A DNA stretch of 64,000 nt from Christensenellaceae bacterium (GCA_045657285.1 JAZOST010000007.1:15016-79015); one strand, 5' to 3'. Counted from the stretch's first letter, positions 46,421 to 56,784 are shown. The notes: a model not told the origin generated them from the sequence alone. Program-made: numbers and translations.

Positions 46421-48436
46421 TTAGTTAAGAGTTATATCTTTTAATTTCTCGTACTTGCTTATTGCTACCTTTTTAATTTGTTCAAGATTTTCGCCCGTTT
46501 CAAAACATTCGTCGCACAACTTTTTCGCAAGGAATATCGCATTAGGACCGTAACTTAAATGGCCTAAATCTGTTATGGTTTTACCACTTTGACGGCTACC
46601 CATAAAGTCGCCACCGCCACGAAGTTTATAATCACACTCCGAAATCTTAAACCCGTCGTTACTTTCTATCAATATTTTTACCCTTTGTTCACTTTCAGGG
46701 GTGTGGAATTCGCCAGTCAAAAAGCAATAACTTTTTTTGTTTGAACGCCCTACCCTACCACGTAGTTGGTGTAATTGCGCTAGCCCAAATCTTTCAGCGT
46801 TTCTTATTACAATTACCGTCGCATCAGGAACGTCAACGCCAACTTCTATAACGACCGTTGACACTAAAATATCGTATTTTTTATCCCTAAAATCTTGCAT
46901 AATTTGGGCTTTTTCTTTATCTTTTATTTTGCCATGAAGTAGTGCAATTTTTCTAAAGGGAAGTTTTTCTTTTATTTCTTCATAAAGAGCGGTTGCGCTC
47001 ATTATCGTTCCTTCGTCGTCCCCGTCAATTTTGGGGCAAACAAAGTACGTTTGATTGCCTTTTTCGGCTTCGGCAGAAATAAATGAAAGCATACCTTCGT
47101 ATTTTTCTTTAGGCACAAAGTTAGTTTGAACGGGCGTTCTACCTACAGGTTTGTCTGTAATAGTAGTTATATCAAGGTCGCCGTAGAAAATAAGTGAAAC
47201 AGTTCTAGGAATAGGCGTAGCGCTCATTACTAAAACGTCAGGCATTACACCTTTATTTGATAGCGAACTTCTTTGCGCAACGCCAAAGCGTTGTTGTTCG
47301 TCACAAATACAGAGTGATAAATTTTCAAACGAAACGTCTTCGGTTAAAAGCGCGTGCGTACCTACTGCAAGGCGAATATTTCCGTCTTTTAGCCCTTCTT
47401 TTATAGCCTTTTTTTCTTTTAATGGGGTTGAGCCCGTTAAAAGCGCGATATTATATTCTGGGAAAACTTTTCTTAAAACGTTATAGTTTTGAACTGCAAG
47501 CATTTCGGTAGGTGCAAGCATTGACACTTGATACCCACTTTTTAGCGCAATAAACACCGCACAGTTAGAAACCGCTGTTTTTCCGCTACCAACGTCCCCT
47601 TGCATAAGCCTATTCATAACCTTATCGCCAAGCATATCTTGGTATATTTCATTTACAGCGTTTTTTTGCCCCGCCGTAAACTCAAACGGAAATCTATTTT
47701 TTATAAAAGCGTTAAGTTCTTCAGTTGAAACGCTATATTTATTTTGTCTAAAGTTTTCTCTATCCCCTTTAATAATCTTAAAGGCGGAAATAAGCGCAAA
47801 ATATTCTTCAACAGCAATTCTGTCGCTAGCATTATCTAAACTATTAAAACTGCTTGGATTATGCACTTCCCTATACGCGCTATAAAGGTCTGAAAGCGCA
47901 TATTTTTTAAGAAGTCTATCGGGAATTACACTTTTAGGTTTTTCTATATCTACCGAAAGTCTTACCGCGTCCCTTAAAACTTTTTGGGTTAAATTACCCT
48001 TTAATTGATATTGCGGAACTATTCCTTTAAGTCTAAACGCCTTTTCGCAAGGTTCGTAAGACGGATTTATTAAAGTTACTCCGCCGAAAGAGTCTTTCTT
48101 TACGCGCCCGTAAAAAAGATATTCTTCGCCAACTTTAAGTTTTGATGCAACGTATGGCTGATTAAACCAAATAACCTTAAACGTTAAATCTTCCTGCTCG
48201 CAAATGGCATTTGCCGTACCACCGCGCCTAAAATATCTTACGGTCGGCTCTAAAATAACCTTACCCACCGTCAAAACCATATCGTTATCGTAAGCGTATT
48301 TTAAAAGTTGCTTGCTCCTAAGGTCAACGTATCTACGCGGAAAAAACCGCATTAGGCTTGCGGTGTCGTAAATTTCCATTTTATTAAGGTCTAATTCCCT
48401 TTTTTCGTTAATTCCACGTATTTTTGTTAGTTCCAT
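46421..48436 (-). CDS. recG: ATP-dependent DNA helicase RecG
   Basis: 671 aa with a wedge domain, GDVGSGKT and DEQQRFG helicase motifs. Confidence 0.95.
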   Translation of the reverse strand: MELTKIRGINEKRELDLNKMEIYDTASLMRFFPRRYVDLRSKQLLKYAYDNDMVLTVGKVILEPTVRYFRRGGTANAICEQEDLTFKVIWFNQPYVASKLKVGEEYLFYGRVKKDSFGGVTLINPSYEPCEKAFRLKGIVPQYQLKGNLTQKVLRDAVRLSVDIEKPKSVIPDRLLKKYALSDLYSAYREVHNPSSFNSLDNASDRIAVEEYFALISAFKIIKGDRENFRQNKYSVSTEELNAFIKNRFPFEFTAGQKNAVNEIYQDMLGDKVMNRLMQGDVGSGKTAVSNCAVFIALKSGYQVSMLAPTEMLAVQNYNVLRKVFPEYNIALLTGSTPLKEKKAIKEGLKDGNIRLAVGTHALLTEDVSFENLSLCICDEQQRFGVAQRSSLSNKGVMPDVLVMSATPIPRTVSLIFYGDLDITTITDKPVGRTPVQTNFVPKEKYEGMLSFISAEAEKGNQTYFVCPKIDGDDEGTIMSATALYEEIKEKLPFRKIALLHGKIKDKEKAQIMQDFRDKKYDILVSTVVIEVGVDVPDATVIVIRNAERFGLAQLHQLRGRVGRSNKKSYCFLTGEFHTPESEQRVKILIESNDGFKISECDYKLRGGGDFMGSRQSGKTITDLGHLSYGPNAIFLAKKLCDECFETGENLEQIKKVAISKYEKLKDITLN

Positions 48437-48444
48437 AATCTTAT

Positions 48445-48472
48445 AAAAAAGGGAAAGAGCAAACTCTTTCCC
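48445..48472 (-). terminator. Stem-loop/terminator after the DAK2 gene
   Basis: Stem gggaaagag/ctctttccc with loop caaa, followed by a T-run on the minus strand. Confidence 0.65.
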
Positions 48473-48478
48473 GAAATT

Positions 48479-50113
48479 TTATTCTAGTGCTATATAGTAA
48501 TAATAAATTGGTTGACCGCCGTAATGAAGTTCTACGTCGCAATCGGGATATTTTTCTTGAATAACCGCTTGCAATGCTTCGGCTTCTTCTTCCTTAACGT
48601 CTTGACCATAGTAAAGAGTGATAATTTCTTCACCACTGCGAAGTTTTTCAATAAGTTCTATTGTAACTTCACTAACGTTTTTGCCTTTAGCAAGAATTTT
48701 TTTGTTATCAAGACCCATAATATCGCCAATCTTTAGGTCAAAGCCGTAAAGTTTGGTATTTCTTACCGCGTAAGTTACTTGACCAACGGTAACCGCGTCA
48801 AGCGCGTGAATCATATTAGTCTTATTTTCGTCAACCGGAAGTTCGGGATTGAACGCTAGCGCAGCCGAAAAACCTTGCGGTATATTCTTAGTAGGTATAA
48901 CGTGAATTTTCTTGTTAGAAACTAACGCTTTTGCTTGTTCCGCTGCAAGAATTATGTTCTTGTTATTGGGGAATACGAAAACGTTTTCAGCATTGATTCT
49001 TTGAACGGCATCAGCAATATCGCTTGCAGACGGGTTCATTGATTGACCGCCTTCAATAACTTGGTCAACCATAAGGTCTTTGAATATGCTGGTAATGCCG
49101 TCGCCTGCAGAAACGGACATCATACCCATTTCTTTCTTTTCTTCTTCGTATTTCTTCATTAGAGCGCGGTTTTGCTCTAACATATTTTCAATTTTAAGTT
49201 TATCAAGTTCGCCAAGTTCAAGCGCTTTTGAAAGAGCAACGCCCGGTTGGTTGGTGTGAACGTGAACTTTAACGAATTCAAGGTCGCCTATTACTATTAC
49301 GCAATCACCTATCGTCATTAAGAATTCTTTAAGTCTTTCAATATCGGCAAGTGTCGTTTTGGGATTGATATTTATAATAAAGAATTCCGTGCAGTATGCA
49401 AATTCAATTTCGCCAAGGCTCATTATATCAGCGTGTTCCATAGCGGTTTCGGTAGAAATCGCATCGGGAATTACTTCGTCAGCGCTAACGGTTTCGCCCA
49501 TAAGCGCCTTTAGCATACCTTCAAAAATAACCATTAAACCTTTACCGCCCGCATCAACTACGCCCGCTTTTTTAAGAACTGGTAAAAGTTCGGGGGTAAG
49601 TGCAACTGCATCGTTACCCGCTTTTATAATATCAGGGAAAAATTCTTCAAAGTCAGTATGTTTTTTTCTTGCAGTTTGCGCGTGTTCAGCAAGCATTCTA
49701 ATAACGGTAAGAATTGTGCCTTCCTTGGGTTTACTAACCGCGCCGTAAGCAATTTCCGCACCGTTCATAAGGGCATTAGCAAATGCTTTAGTATCCGCTT
49801 CTTCACACTTTTTAAGCGAAGAGCAAATACCCCTTAAAATTTGCGAAACGATAACACCAGAGTTACCCCTTGCACCGCGCAAAGCACCACGAAGAACGGC
49901 TTCAGCAACGTCTTCCATTTTATTGCTTTTGCAGTTCATAAGTTCCTTAACTGCTGATTGAACGGTAAGCGACATATTTGTACCCGTGTCGCCATCAGGT
50001 ACTGGGAATACGTTAAGCGAGTCAACGTTTACCCTATTTATTTCTAAACATTTAGATGCGGTCAAAATCATTGTTTTGAGCATTGCACCGTTAATGGTCT
50101 TTTGCATAAACAC
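48479..50113 (-). CDS. DAK2-domain protein (YloV family)
   Basis: 544 aa with DGDTGTNM and GARGNSG motifs. Conserved yloU-yloV-recG order. Confidence 0.9.
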   Translation of the reverse strand: MFMQKTINGAMLKTMILTASKCLEINRVNVDSLNVFPVPDGDTGTNMSLTVQSAVKELMNCKSNKMEDVAEAVLRGALRGARGNSGVIVSQILRGICSSLKKCEEADTKAFANALMNGAEIAYGAVSKPKEGTILTVIRMLAEHAQTARKKHTDFEEFFPDIIKAGNDAVALTPELLPVLKKAGVVDAGGKGLMVIFEGMLKALMGETVSADEVIPDAISTETAMEHADIMSLGEIEFAYCTEFFIININPKTTLADIERLKEFLMTIGDCVIVIGDLEFVKVHVHTNQPGVALSKALELGELDKLKIENMLEQNRALMKKYEEEKKEMGMMSVSAGDGITSIFKDLMVDQVIEGGQSMNPSASDIADAVQRINAENVFVFPNNKNIILAAEQAKALVSNKKIHVIPTKNIPQGFSAALAFNPELPVDENKTNMIHALDAVTVGQVTYAVRNTKLYGFDLKIGDIMGLDNKKILAKGKNVSEVTIELIEKLRSGEEIITLYYGQDVKEEEAEALQAVIQEKYPDCDVELHYGGQPIYYYYIALE

Positions 50114-50135
50114 TCCTAAGAGAAAAATTCTAATT

Positions 50136-50504
50136 TTATTTTTTTACGCCCATTACCCTAACGTTAATAGAGTCGCAAATCATACCGGTAAATCTTTCTA
50201 CCCTGTATTTAATTTGTTCGTTCAAGGCTTCAATAACCGCTTTAATTGAAACGCCGTATTTTACGATAACGCAAACGTCAACGAAAATTCTTGCGCCAGA
50301 AGTTTTAACCTTAACGCCTTTAACGCCAAAGCCAAACTTAAAGAAACTTAAAATTTTGTCAGTTATATTCTTTGGAACGAATTCTACGATTCCATAGCAA
50401 TCAGAAGCGGCGCGATAGATAAAACGTTCTATCGTGCTGTCAGAAATTACTATTTTTCCGTAAATATTATTCGTCTTAACAGACATTTCGTTATAAGCCT
50501 CCAT
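50136..50504 (-). CDS. Asp23/Gls24-family protein (YloU)
   Basis: 122 aa, Asp23-like, divergent from rpmB as in Bacillus. Confidence 0.88.
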   Translation of the reverse strand: MEAYNEMSVKTNNIYGKIVISDSTIERFIYRAASDCYGIVEFVPKNITDKILSFFKFGFGVKGVKVKTSGARIFVDVCVIVKYGVSIKAVIEALNEQIKYRVERFTGMICDSINVRVMGVKK

Positions 50505-50699
50505 TAAAGCATAGTTAAATTTTACAATATTTTACGCCATTTTGCAACACTTTACAATGATTTTAGTAAAAGTTTTTACCTAGCATAAAATATTTTAATT
50601 TATTTTTACTAAATTCGTCAAAAAAACTTGCTTTTTATTCAAGTTTATGTTAGAGTATTTGGTGTTAAAAAGTAAAATACCTAATCGGAGGATTAAAAT

Positions 50700-50891
50700 A
50701 TGAGCAGAATTTGTAGCGTATGTGGTAAAGGTAAACTTTCTGGCAACACCGTTAGCCACTCTAACCGTAAGGCTCCTAAATCTTATGCAGCAAACCTTCA
50801 AAAAATTTCTATCAAAAATGAAAACGGTACCGTTTCAAAAGAATACGTTTGCGCTAGATGCATCAAAAGCGGTAAAGTAGAAAGAGCGTAA
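50700..50891 (+). CDS. rpmB: 50S ribosomal protein L28
   Basis: 63 aa; MSRICSVCGKGKLSGNTVSHSNRK... is canonical L28. GGAGG SD. Confidence 0.97.
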   Translation: MSRICSVCGKGKLSGNTVSHSNRKAPKSYAANLQKISIKNENGTVSKEYVCARCIKSGKVERA

Positions 50892-50911
50892 TTTTATTAA
50901 ACAAAAAAATT

Positions 50912-50939
50912 AAAGGGTAACTTAAAGTTACCCTTTTTT
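50912..50939. terminator. Bidirectional terminator between rpmB and cysK
   Basis: Stem gggtaac/gttaccc with A/T-run flanks. Confidence 0.8.
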
Positions 50940-50957
50940 ATTTTAAATTTTATTGTT

Positions 50958-51881
50958 TTATTTGTCAAATAGGTCGGTTGACAAATATCTCATACCAGTA
51001 TCTGGAAGAAGAACTACCACGCTTTTTTCGTGGTTTTCGCTAGCAATTTTTACCCCAACAAATAGCGATGCGCCAGAAGATATTCCCGCTAAAATCCCTT
51101 CTAGTTTTGCAAGTTTATTAGCGTATTCTTTAGCATCTTCGTCGCTAACTGCACCCACTGTATCAACAACGTTTTTGTCAAAATTATCGGGAATAAAATT
51201 AGCGCCTATACCTTGAATTTTATGCGCACCCGAAACGCCTTTAGTAATTAGCGGTGATGAAAGTGGCTCAACGCCTACTATTTTAACGCCGTCAATTTTT
51301 TCTTTTAGGTATTTGCCAACGCCCGAAACGGTTGCACCCGTTCCTATACCCGCAACGAAAAAGTCAATATTTCCGTCTAAATCGTCGTATATTTCTTTGC
51401 CTGTAACTACGTAATGTGCATCTAAATTAGCGGGGTTAGAAAACTGCGACGGAATAAAACTATTAGGCGTATTTTTATGAATTTCATTTGCCTTATCTAT
51501 TGCGCCTTTCATGCCTAGAGCGCCGTCAGTTAAAACAACTTCCGCGCCGTATGCTTTTAGAAGTTTTATCCTTTCTTCGCTCATAGTATCTGGCATTGTA
51601 AACACCGCCCTATACCCGCGAATTGCGGATATAAACGCTATACCTATACCCGTATTCCCAGAAGTAGGCTCAATAATAGTTGCACCTTTAGAGATAACGC
51701 CTTTATTTTCAGCGTCGTTTATCATAAATAAACTTGCCCTATCTTTAACGCTACCAGCAGGGTTAAACATTTCAAGTTTTGCGTATAATTTAGCGCTTAA
51801 ACCTAACTCTTTTTCAATTTTATGTAGCCTTACAATCGGCGTGTTTCCTATTAAATTTTCAAGGCTAGAATAAACTTTCAT
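50958..51881 (-). CDS. cysK: Cysteine synthase A (O-acetylserine sulfhydrylase)
   Basis: 307 aa with PLP lysine in NPAGSVKDR, plus TSGNTG and GTGAT loops. Confidence 0.92.
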   Translation of the reverse strand: MKVYSSLENLIGNTPIVRLHKIEKELGLSAKLYAKLEMFNPAGSVKDRASLFMINDAENKGVISKGATIIEPTSGNTGIGIAFISAIRGYRAVFTMPDTMSEERIKLLKAYGAEVVLTDGALGMKGAIDKANEIHKNTPNSFIPSQFSNPANLDAHYVVTGKEIYDDLDGNIDFFVAGIGTGATVSGVGKYLKEKIDGVKIVGVEPLSSPLITKGVSGAHKIQGIGANFIPDNFDKNVVDTVGAVSDEDAKEYANKLAKLEGILAGISSGASLFVGVKIASENHEKSVVVLLPDTGMRYLSTDLFDK

Positions 51882-52450
51882 TATAAACTTTCCTTTAATA
51901 TTTTAAGTGCCCTACTTCTATGCGATATTGAATTTTTTTCTTCATCAGTCGCTTCTCCAAGGCTTTTATTTAGGTCGTAACTATAAAAAAGCGGGTCGTA
52001 GCCAAAGCCGTTAGTTCCGCGCCTTTCGGTTAAAATTTCGCCGTAAGTTTTGCCTTCGGCAGTAATTATGCTTCCATCTGGCGAATACAGTACCATTACG
52101 CAAATAAAGTAAGCCTTTCTATCCGTAACGCCACTTAAATTCCTTAAAAGAAGGTCGTTATTATGCTCGTCAATTCCGTCGCCAGCGTATCTTGCGCTAT
52201 AAATTCCCGGCGCACCTTTAAGGTAATCAACACAAAGTCCGCTATCGTCGGCGAGAGCGGGAACGCCAAGCCTTTCGGCAATATTTTTTGCTTTAATTAG
52301 CGCGTTTTCGTAAAAAGAATTTCCGTCTTCTTCTATATCGTAATCAATGCCTAAATCTTTGTAGCCAACCACTTCGTAGCCCTTAAGCATTTCGCTAATT
52401 TCTTTAATTTTTCCTTTGTTGGCGCTAGCCAAAACTATTCTTTTTTTCAT
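51881..52450 (-). CDS. rdgB: XTP/dITP diphosphatase (RdgB/HAM1)
   Basis: 189 aa with SANKGKIKE, GFGYDP and SHR motifs. Confidence 0.92.
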   Translation of the reverse strand: MKKRIVLASANKGKIKEISEMLKGYEVVGYKDLGIDYDIEEDGNSFYENALIKAKNIAERLGVPALADDSGLCVDYLKGAPGIYSARYAGDGIDEHNNDLLLRNLSGVTDRKAYFICVMVLYSPDGSIITAEGKTYGEILTERRGTNGFGYDPLFYSYDLNKSLGEATDEEKNSISHRSRALKILKESL

Positions 52451-53283
52451 TTAATTTCTCTTAAAGCGTTAGTAAGTTTTATAAATTCGTCGCTTGATAA
52501 TTCTTCCGCCCTTGCAGTGAGCGAAACGCCAGCGCTAGTAAGCACGCTTTCAGCAACGTTTCTAGGCATTTTGTAAAAATTCATAAGGTTATTAACTAGC
52601 ATTTTTCTTCTGCTTGAAAACGCCACTTTTACAACTTCGCGAACCTTTTCTAAATCTACGCCTTTATTTTTAGAGTGGTCAATATCAATTTTAACTACAG
52701 CAGAATCAACGTTCGGTGCGGGAGTAAACTTTTCCCTACCAACCCTTATAATTTTTTGCGCGCTTCCGCGAAGATTTATCGCAACCGTAATCGCGCCGTA
52801 ATCAGTATTTTTGGGCGGTGCGGAAAACCTAGTAGCGACTTCTTCTTGCACCATTATCACCATTGCTTTTATCTTTTTAGAATTTTCCAAAAAGCGCATA
52901 ACGATAGGCGTTGTAATGTAATACGGAAGATTTGCTACCATTATATATTCATTTCCAAGTTTTGTTTCAATATCTTCAAGGCTTTCTTTCATTACGTCCT
53001 TGAAAACTACTTCAGTATTATCAAAATCTTCTAGCACGTCTTCTAAAACAGGCTTTAAGGAAGTATCAATTTCGTAGCAAATAACCTTTTTAGCCTTTGA
53101 CGCTAAAAAGTAAGTAAGCGCGCCCGCACCTGGGCCTATTTCTAGCACCGTGTCAGCACTGGTAACGCCTGCTTTTTCCACTATCTCATTTAAAAGAGAA
53201 GCGTCGGTTAAGAAATTTTGCCCGTACGCTTTTTTTAGTTTTACACCGTGTTTTAAAAGTTTTACTTTTAAATTATTTTCCAT
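52447..53283 (-). CDS. rsmA: 16S rRNA (adenine1518/1519-N6)-dimethyltransferase
   Basis: ATG at 53283 with an AAGGAA SD. GQNFL and the EIGPGAGALT SAM motif. Confidence 0.92.
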   Translation of the reverse strand: MENNLKVKLLKHGVKLKKAYGQNFLTDASLLNEIVEKAGVTSADTVLEIGPGAGALTYFLASKAKKVICYEIDTSLKPVLEDVLEDFDNTEVVFKDVMKESLEDIETKLGNEYIMVANLPYYITTPIVMRFLENSKKIKAMVIMVQEEVATRFSAPPKNTDYGAITVAINLRGSAQKIIRVGREKFTPAPNVDSAVVKIDIDHSKNKGVDLEKVREVVKVAFSSRRKMLVNNLMNFYKMPRNVAESVLTSAGVSLTARAEELSSDEFIKLTNALREIK

Positions 53284-53392
53284 TTTTTTCCTTGAATTTA
53301 CTTGCATATTACTTTGTTGCAAGCACATTATAATAACGTAAAGAGAACTTCTTTACGACAAACAATCATTTTTTACCAATGATTATCACACG

Positions 53393-53420
53393 AAATAAAG
53401 CCGAAGTTTTTTGGCTTTAT
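53393..53420 (-). terminator. Stem-loop/terminator after the tatD-like gene
   Basis: Stem aaagcc/ggcttt with extra A:T pairs, then tttatttc on the minus strand. Confidence 0.5.
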
Positions 53421-53426
53421 TTTGTT

Positions 53427-54197
53427 TTAAAGTTTAGTAAATAACGTTTTTGCGTTATTCATTACTTTGCGTGCAAGTTCTTCAACGTCTTCACCGCGAA
53501 GTGTGGCAAGTTTACCTAAAATTATAGGAATGTTTTTAGGCGTGTTAAGTTTGCCCCTAAACGGCTCTGGCGACAAAAACGGGCTATCCGTTTCGGTTAA
53601 AATTCTATCACTAGGCACAAGCGTAGCAATTTCAAGCAAATTCCTTGCGTTCTTAAAAGTAACCGTTCCGCCAAACCCCACGTACATACCTAAATCAAGA
53701 ACTTCTTTTAAGGTTTCCTTACTACCCGCATAGCAGTGAATTACACCGCCGTATTTAAGGTTTGATTTATGCTCTCTAAGTAGCGTAAGCGTATCTAACG
53801 TCGCATCACGCATATGAATACTTACGGGAAGTTTTTTCTCTTCTGCCATTTCTAATAGGCGAATTAAAACTTCTTTTTGAATATCTTTATAATTTTTATC
53901 CCAATAGTAGTCAAGCCCTATTTCGCCAACGGCAACACATTTCGGGTGGTCTAAAAGATTATAAACTATATCAAAATCCTTGTCGCTAATTTTATGCGCA
54001 TCTATCGGGTGAATACCCGCACCAAAATAGACGCTATCAATCTTTTCCGAAAGGTCACGGCAAAGAACGCTAGTTTCGCCGTTGCAACCCATAGTTATTG
54101 CTTTTACAACGCGTTCTTTTTCGTATTCTTTAGCAAATTCCTCGGCACTTTCTAAAAGTTTAGGGTCGTCTAAATGACAATGCGTATCAATAAACAT
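53427..54197 (-). CDS. TatD-family metal-dependent hydrolase
   Basis: 256 aa with IDTHCHL, GEIGLDY and ETDSPFL motifs. Confidence 0.92.
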   Translation of the reverse strand: MFIDTHCHLDDPKLLESAEEFAKEYEKERVVKAITMGCNGETSVLCRDLSEKIDSVYFGAGIHPIDAHKISDKDFDIVYNLLDHPKCVAVGEIGLDYYWDKNYKDIQKEVLIRLLEMAEEKKLPVSIHMRDATLDTLTLLREHKSNLKYGGVIHCYAGSKETLKEVLDLGMYVGFGGTVTFKNARNLLEIATLVPSDRILTETDSPFLSPEPFRGKLNTPKNIPIILGKLATLRGEDVEELARKVMNNAKTLFTKL

Positions 54198-56137
54198 TAG
54201 AAAATTTCACTGCCGTCTTCTATATCTTTTTCGGGCGTTAAGAAAGCAAGTTTGCCTTCTTTGTTTTCCGCACAAATAATCATACCTTCGCTAGTAATAC
54301 CGCAAAGTTTTACGGGTTTAAGGTTAGTTATCATTGCAAGTTTTTTGCCAACCATTTCTTCGGGCGAATACGCTAGCGCAATACCGCTTACTACCGTTCT
54401 TTCTTCTTCGCCAAGTTTTACTGTGAGTTTAAGTAGTTTTTTGCTCTTTTCAACCTTTTCGCAAGCAATAACTTTTGCAATTTTAAGCTCTATTTTACCA
54501 AAATCATCAATAGAAATTTCTGGTTTTTTATTTTCTTCAACAACTAGTTCTTCAATTTTTTCTTTTCTTTCTTCAATCATCTTGTTTACCTCAACCATTA
54601 CTTTTGCGCCGTCAAGCCTTGCAAATAGCATTTCGGGCGCGCTTGTTACGGTAACTTTATCAAACGAATTAAACTTATCTAATTTTTCAAAAGGAATGAG
54701 CGGAAGATTAAGCGTTTTAGAAACTTTTTCCGCCGTTTCGGGCATAAATGGTGCTAAAAGCGAAGTACCTATAATAATAGTTTGGGTTAGGTTATAAAGC
54801 ACGGTTTTAAGCCTATCCGCCTTAGTTTCGTCTTTTGCAAGTGCCCAAGGCATAGTTTCGTCAATGTACTTGTTCGCCCTACGGAAAAGCGTCATTATTT
54901 CAAAGAGTGCGTCGCTAACCTTAAAGTCTTCCATTTTGGCTTTAACTTTAGCGTAAAGCGAAGTCGCAAGCGAAATAAGTTCACCATCAAGTTCTTCGGA
55001 ACAATTAGTATTTTCTACTACGCCACCAAAGTATTTATTGCTCATGGCAACCGTTCTACTTACTAAATTTCCGTAAACGTTTGCTAGGTCGCTATTTATA
55101 GTTTCAATAACAGATTCCCACGAAATAAGACCATCGTTATCTTGTGGCATTGCGCTTAAAACGTAATATCTAACCGCATCAACACCGAAGAAATTAACTA
55201 AATCGTCAGCGTACATAACGTTGCCTTTAGACTTACTCATTTTACCGCCGTCTTGAAGTAACCAGCCGTGTCCATATACTCTTTCGGGAAGCGATACGCC
55301 TAGTGCTAACAAGAAAATAGGCCAGTAAATAGTATGGAAACGAATTATATCTTTGCCGATAACGTGAACACTAGCGGGCCAGTATTTTTTGTAATCTTCG
55401 CAATGGTTACCATCAACGTCATAACCAGGGAAAGTTATATAGTTAGTTAAAGCATCAAGCCAAACGTAAACTACGTGTTTATCGTCAAAATCAACGGGAA
55501 TACCCCACTTAAAACTACTTCTTGATACGCAAAGGTCTTGAAGACCGGGCTTTAAGAAGTTATTTACCATTTCGTTCTTTCTTGATACGGGCGTAATAAA
55601 GTTAGGGTGGGTTTCGTAATGGTTCATTAAAGCGTCAGCATACTTACTCATCTTAAAGAAATACGCTTCTTCTTTGGCTTTTTTAACTTCCCTACCGCAG
55701 TCAGGACATTTGCCGTCTACAAGTTGGCTTTCCGTCCAGAAAGATTCACAAGGCGTGCAATACCAACCTTCGTAGGAGCCTTTATAAATATCGCCTTGTT
55801 CGTAAAGTTTTTTAAATATCTTTTGAACTTGTTTTACGTGTTTTTCATCAGTAGTTCTAATAAAACTATCGTAAGAAACGTTCATTAAGTCCCAAATATC
55901 TTTAATTTGACCTGCCACGCCGTCAACGTATTCTTGCGGGGTTTTGTTCGCAAGTTTAGCCTTTTCTTCAATCTTTTGACCGTGTTCGTCAGTTCCCGTT
56001 TGGAATAAAACGTCAAACCCGTCAAGGCGCTTAAACCTTGCAATACTATCCGTTAAAACCGCTTCGTAGGTGTTGCCGATATGTGGCTTGCTTGACGTGT
56101 ATGCTATAGCCGTCGTAATGAAAAATTTCTTGTCCAT
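54197..56137 (-). CDS. metG: Methionine--tRNA ligase (with C-terminal tRNA-binding domain)
   Basis: 646 aa with PHIGNTY (HIGH), KMSKS, a CPxCG zinc knuckle, and a C-terminal EMAP/Trbp111-like OB domain. Confidence 0.95.
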   Translation of the reverse strand: MDKKFFITTAIAYTSSKPHIGNTYEAVLTDSIARFKRLDGFDVLFQTGTDEHGQKIEEKAKLANKTPQEYVDGVAGQIKDIWDLMNVSYDSFIRTTDEKHVKQVQKIFKKLYEQGDIYKGSYEGWYCTPCESFWTESQLVDGKCPDCGREVKKAKEEAYFFKMSKYADALMNHYETHPNFITPVSRKNEMVNNFLKPGLQDLCVSRSSFKWGIPVDFDDKHVVYVWLDALTNYITFPGYDVDGNHCEDYKKYWPASVHVIGKDIIRFHTIYWPIFLLALGVSLPERVYGHGWLLQDGGKMSKSKGNVMYADDLVNFFGVDAVRYYVLSAMPQDNDGLISWESVIETINSDLANVYGNLVSRTVAMSNKYFGGVVENTNCSEELDGELISLATSLYAKVKAKMEDFKVSDALFEIMTLFRRANKYIDETMPWALAKDETKADRLKTVLYNLTQTIIIGTSLLAPFMPETAEKVSKTLNLPLIPFEKLDKFNSFDKVTVTSAPEMLFARLDGAKVMVEVNKMIEERKEKIEELVVEENKKPEISIDDFGKIELKIAKVIACEKVEKSKKLLKLTVKLGEEERTVVSGIALAYSPEEMVGKKLAMITNLKPVKLCGITSEGMIICAENKEGKLAFLTPEKDIEDGSEIF

Positions 56138-56169
56138 TTCGTTTCGTCCTTTTAATCAATTATTTATAT

Positions 56170-56198
56170 ATTTTACCACATTTTTTCTTCATATTCAA
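56170..56198 (-). promoter_or_regulatory. Sigma70 promoter for metG
   Basis: Minus strand reads TTGAAT-17nt-TAAAAT with a TG extension. An approximately 25-nt UTR carries an AAAGGA SD. Confidence 0.55.
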
Positions 56199-56217
56199 CA
56201 ATAATTTAGCATAAAGT
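56189..56217 (+). promoter_or_regulatory. Sigma-E-like (or sigma70-like) promoter candidate for spmAB
   Basis: TCATATT-14nt-CATAAAGT resembles the sigma-E consensus (kmATATT / CATACAnT). The -10 ends 6 nt before the ATG at 56224, and there is no SD. Confidence 0.35.
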
Positions 56218-56223
56218 TAGACT

Positions 56224-56784
56224 ATGAATATAATTTTCGGTGTAGTTTTAATTCTTTCTACTATTGTGCTAATTTTTATAAACCCTGAACTGCTTCTTTC
56301 AAGTATGCTTTCGGGCGGAGAAAAAGCCTTTTCTTTAACGTTAAAAATGGTGGTCATTTACGCCGTATGGATGGCGGTTTTTGAACTTTTAGAAAAAAGC
56401 GGTTTGTCAACTAAAATCGCTAGACTTTTTAAGCCCGTAAATAAGGCTTTGTTTGGAAAACTTCCTGAAAAAGCAAGCGATTATATGTCCTTAAATATTT
56501 CCGCAAACTTACTTGGTATGAGCGGTGCAACTACCCCTATGGGCATTAACTCTATACGCGAACTTGACAAGCATAAAAACACCGATTACGCCGTTAGCAT
56601 GTTCTTTGTTATAAACGCAACAAGCGTTCAAATTATTCCGTCTTCGGTTTTGGCGCTTAGAACTCAACTTGGTTCTACCGCCCCGTCAGATATAATTCTT
56701 CCAACAATTTTAGCCACCCTTTTGTCAAGCATTGTCGGTATTTTATTAGTCAAAATTTTCGTAAAAAAGGATAAAAATGTTTAA
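56224..56784 (+). CDS. spmA: Spore maturation protein A (nucleoside-recognition domain)
   Basis: 186 aa, multi-TM. The N-terminus aligns with B. subtilis SpmA (MNIIFGV...). Followed by spmB. Confidence 0.85.
   Translation: MNIIFGVVLILSTIVLIFINPELLLSSMLSGGEKAFSLTLKMVVIYAVWMAVFELLEKSGLSTKIARLFKPVNKALFGKLPEKASDYMSLNISANLLGMSGATTPMGINSIRELDKHKNTDYAVSMFFVINATSVQIIPSSVLALRTQLGSTAPSDIILPTILATLLSSIVGILLVKIFVKKDKNV

Noticed and set aside
50595-50801. A 68-aa minus-strand ORF overlapping the rpmB start.
   Set aside because: It overlaps the L28 coding region and its promoter region, has no SD, and its sequence is low-complexity.
56138-56223. T-box leaders upstream of metG and hisS.
   Set aside because: The metG leader is only about 25 nt from its promoter, in an 86-nt gap. 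hisS starts 9 nt after hslU. Both are too short for a T-box.
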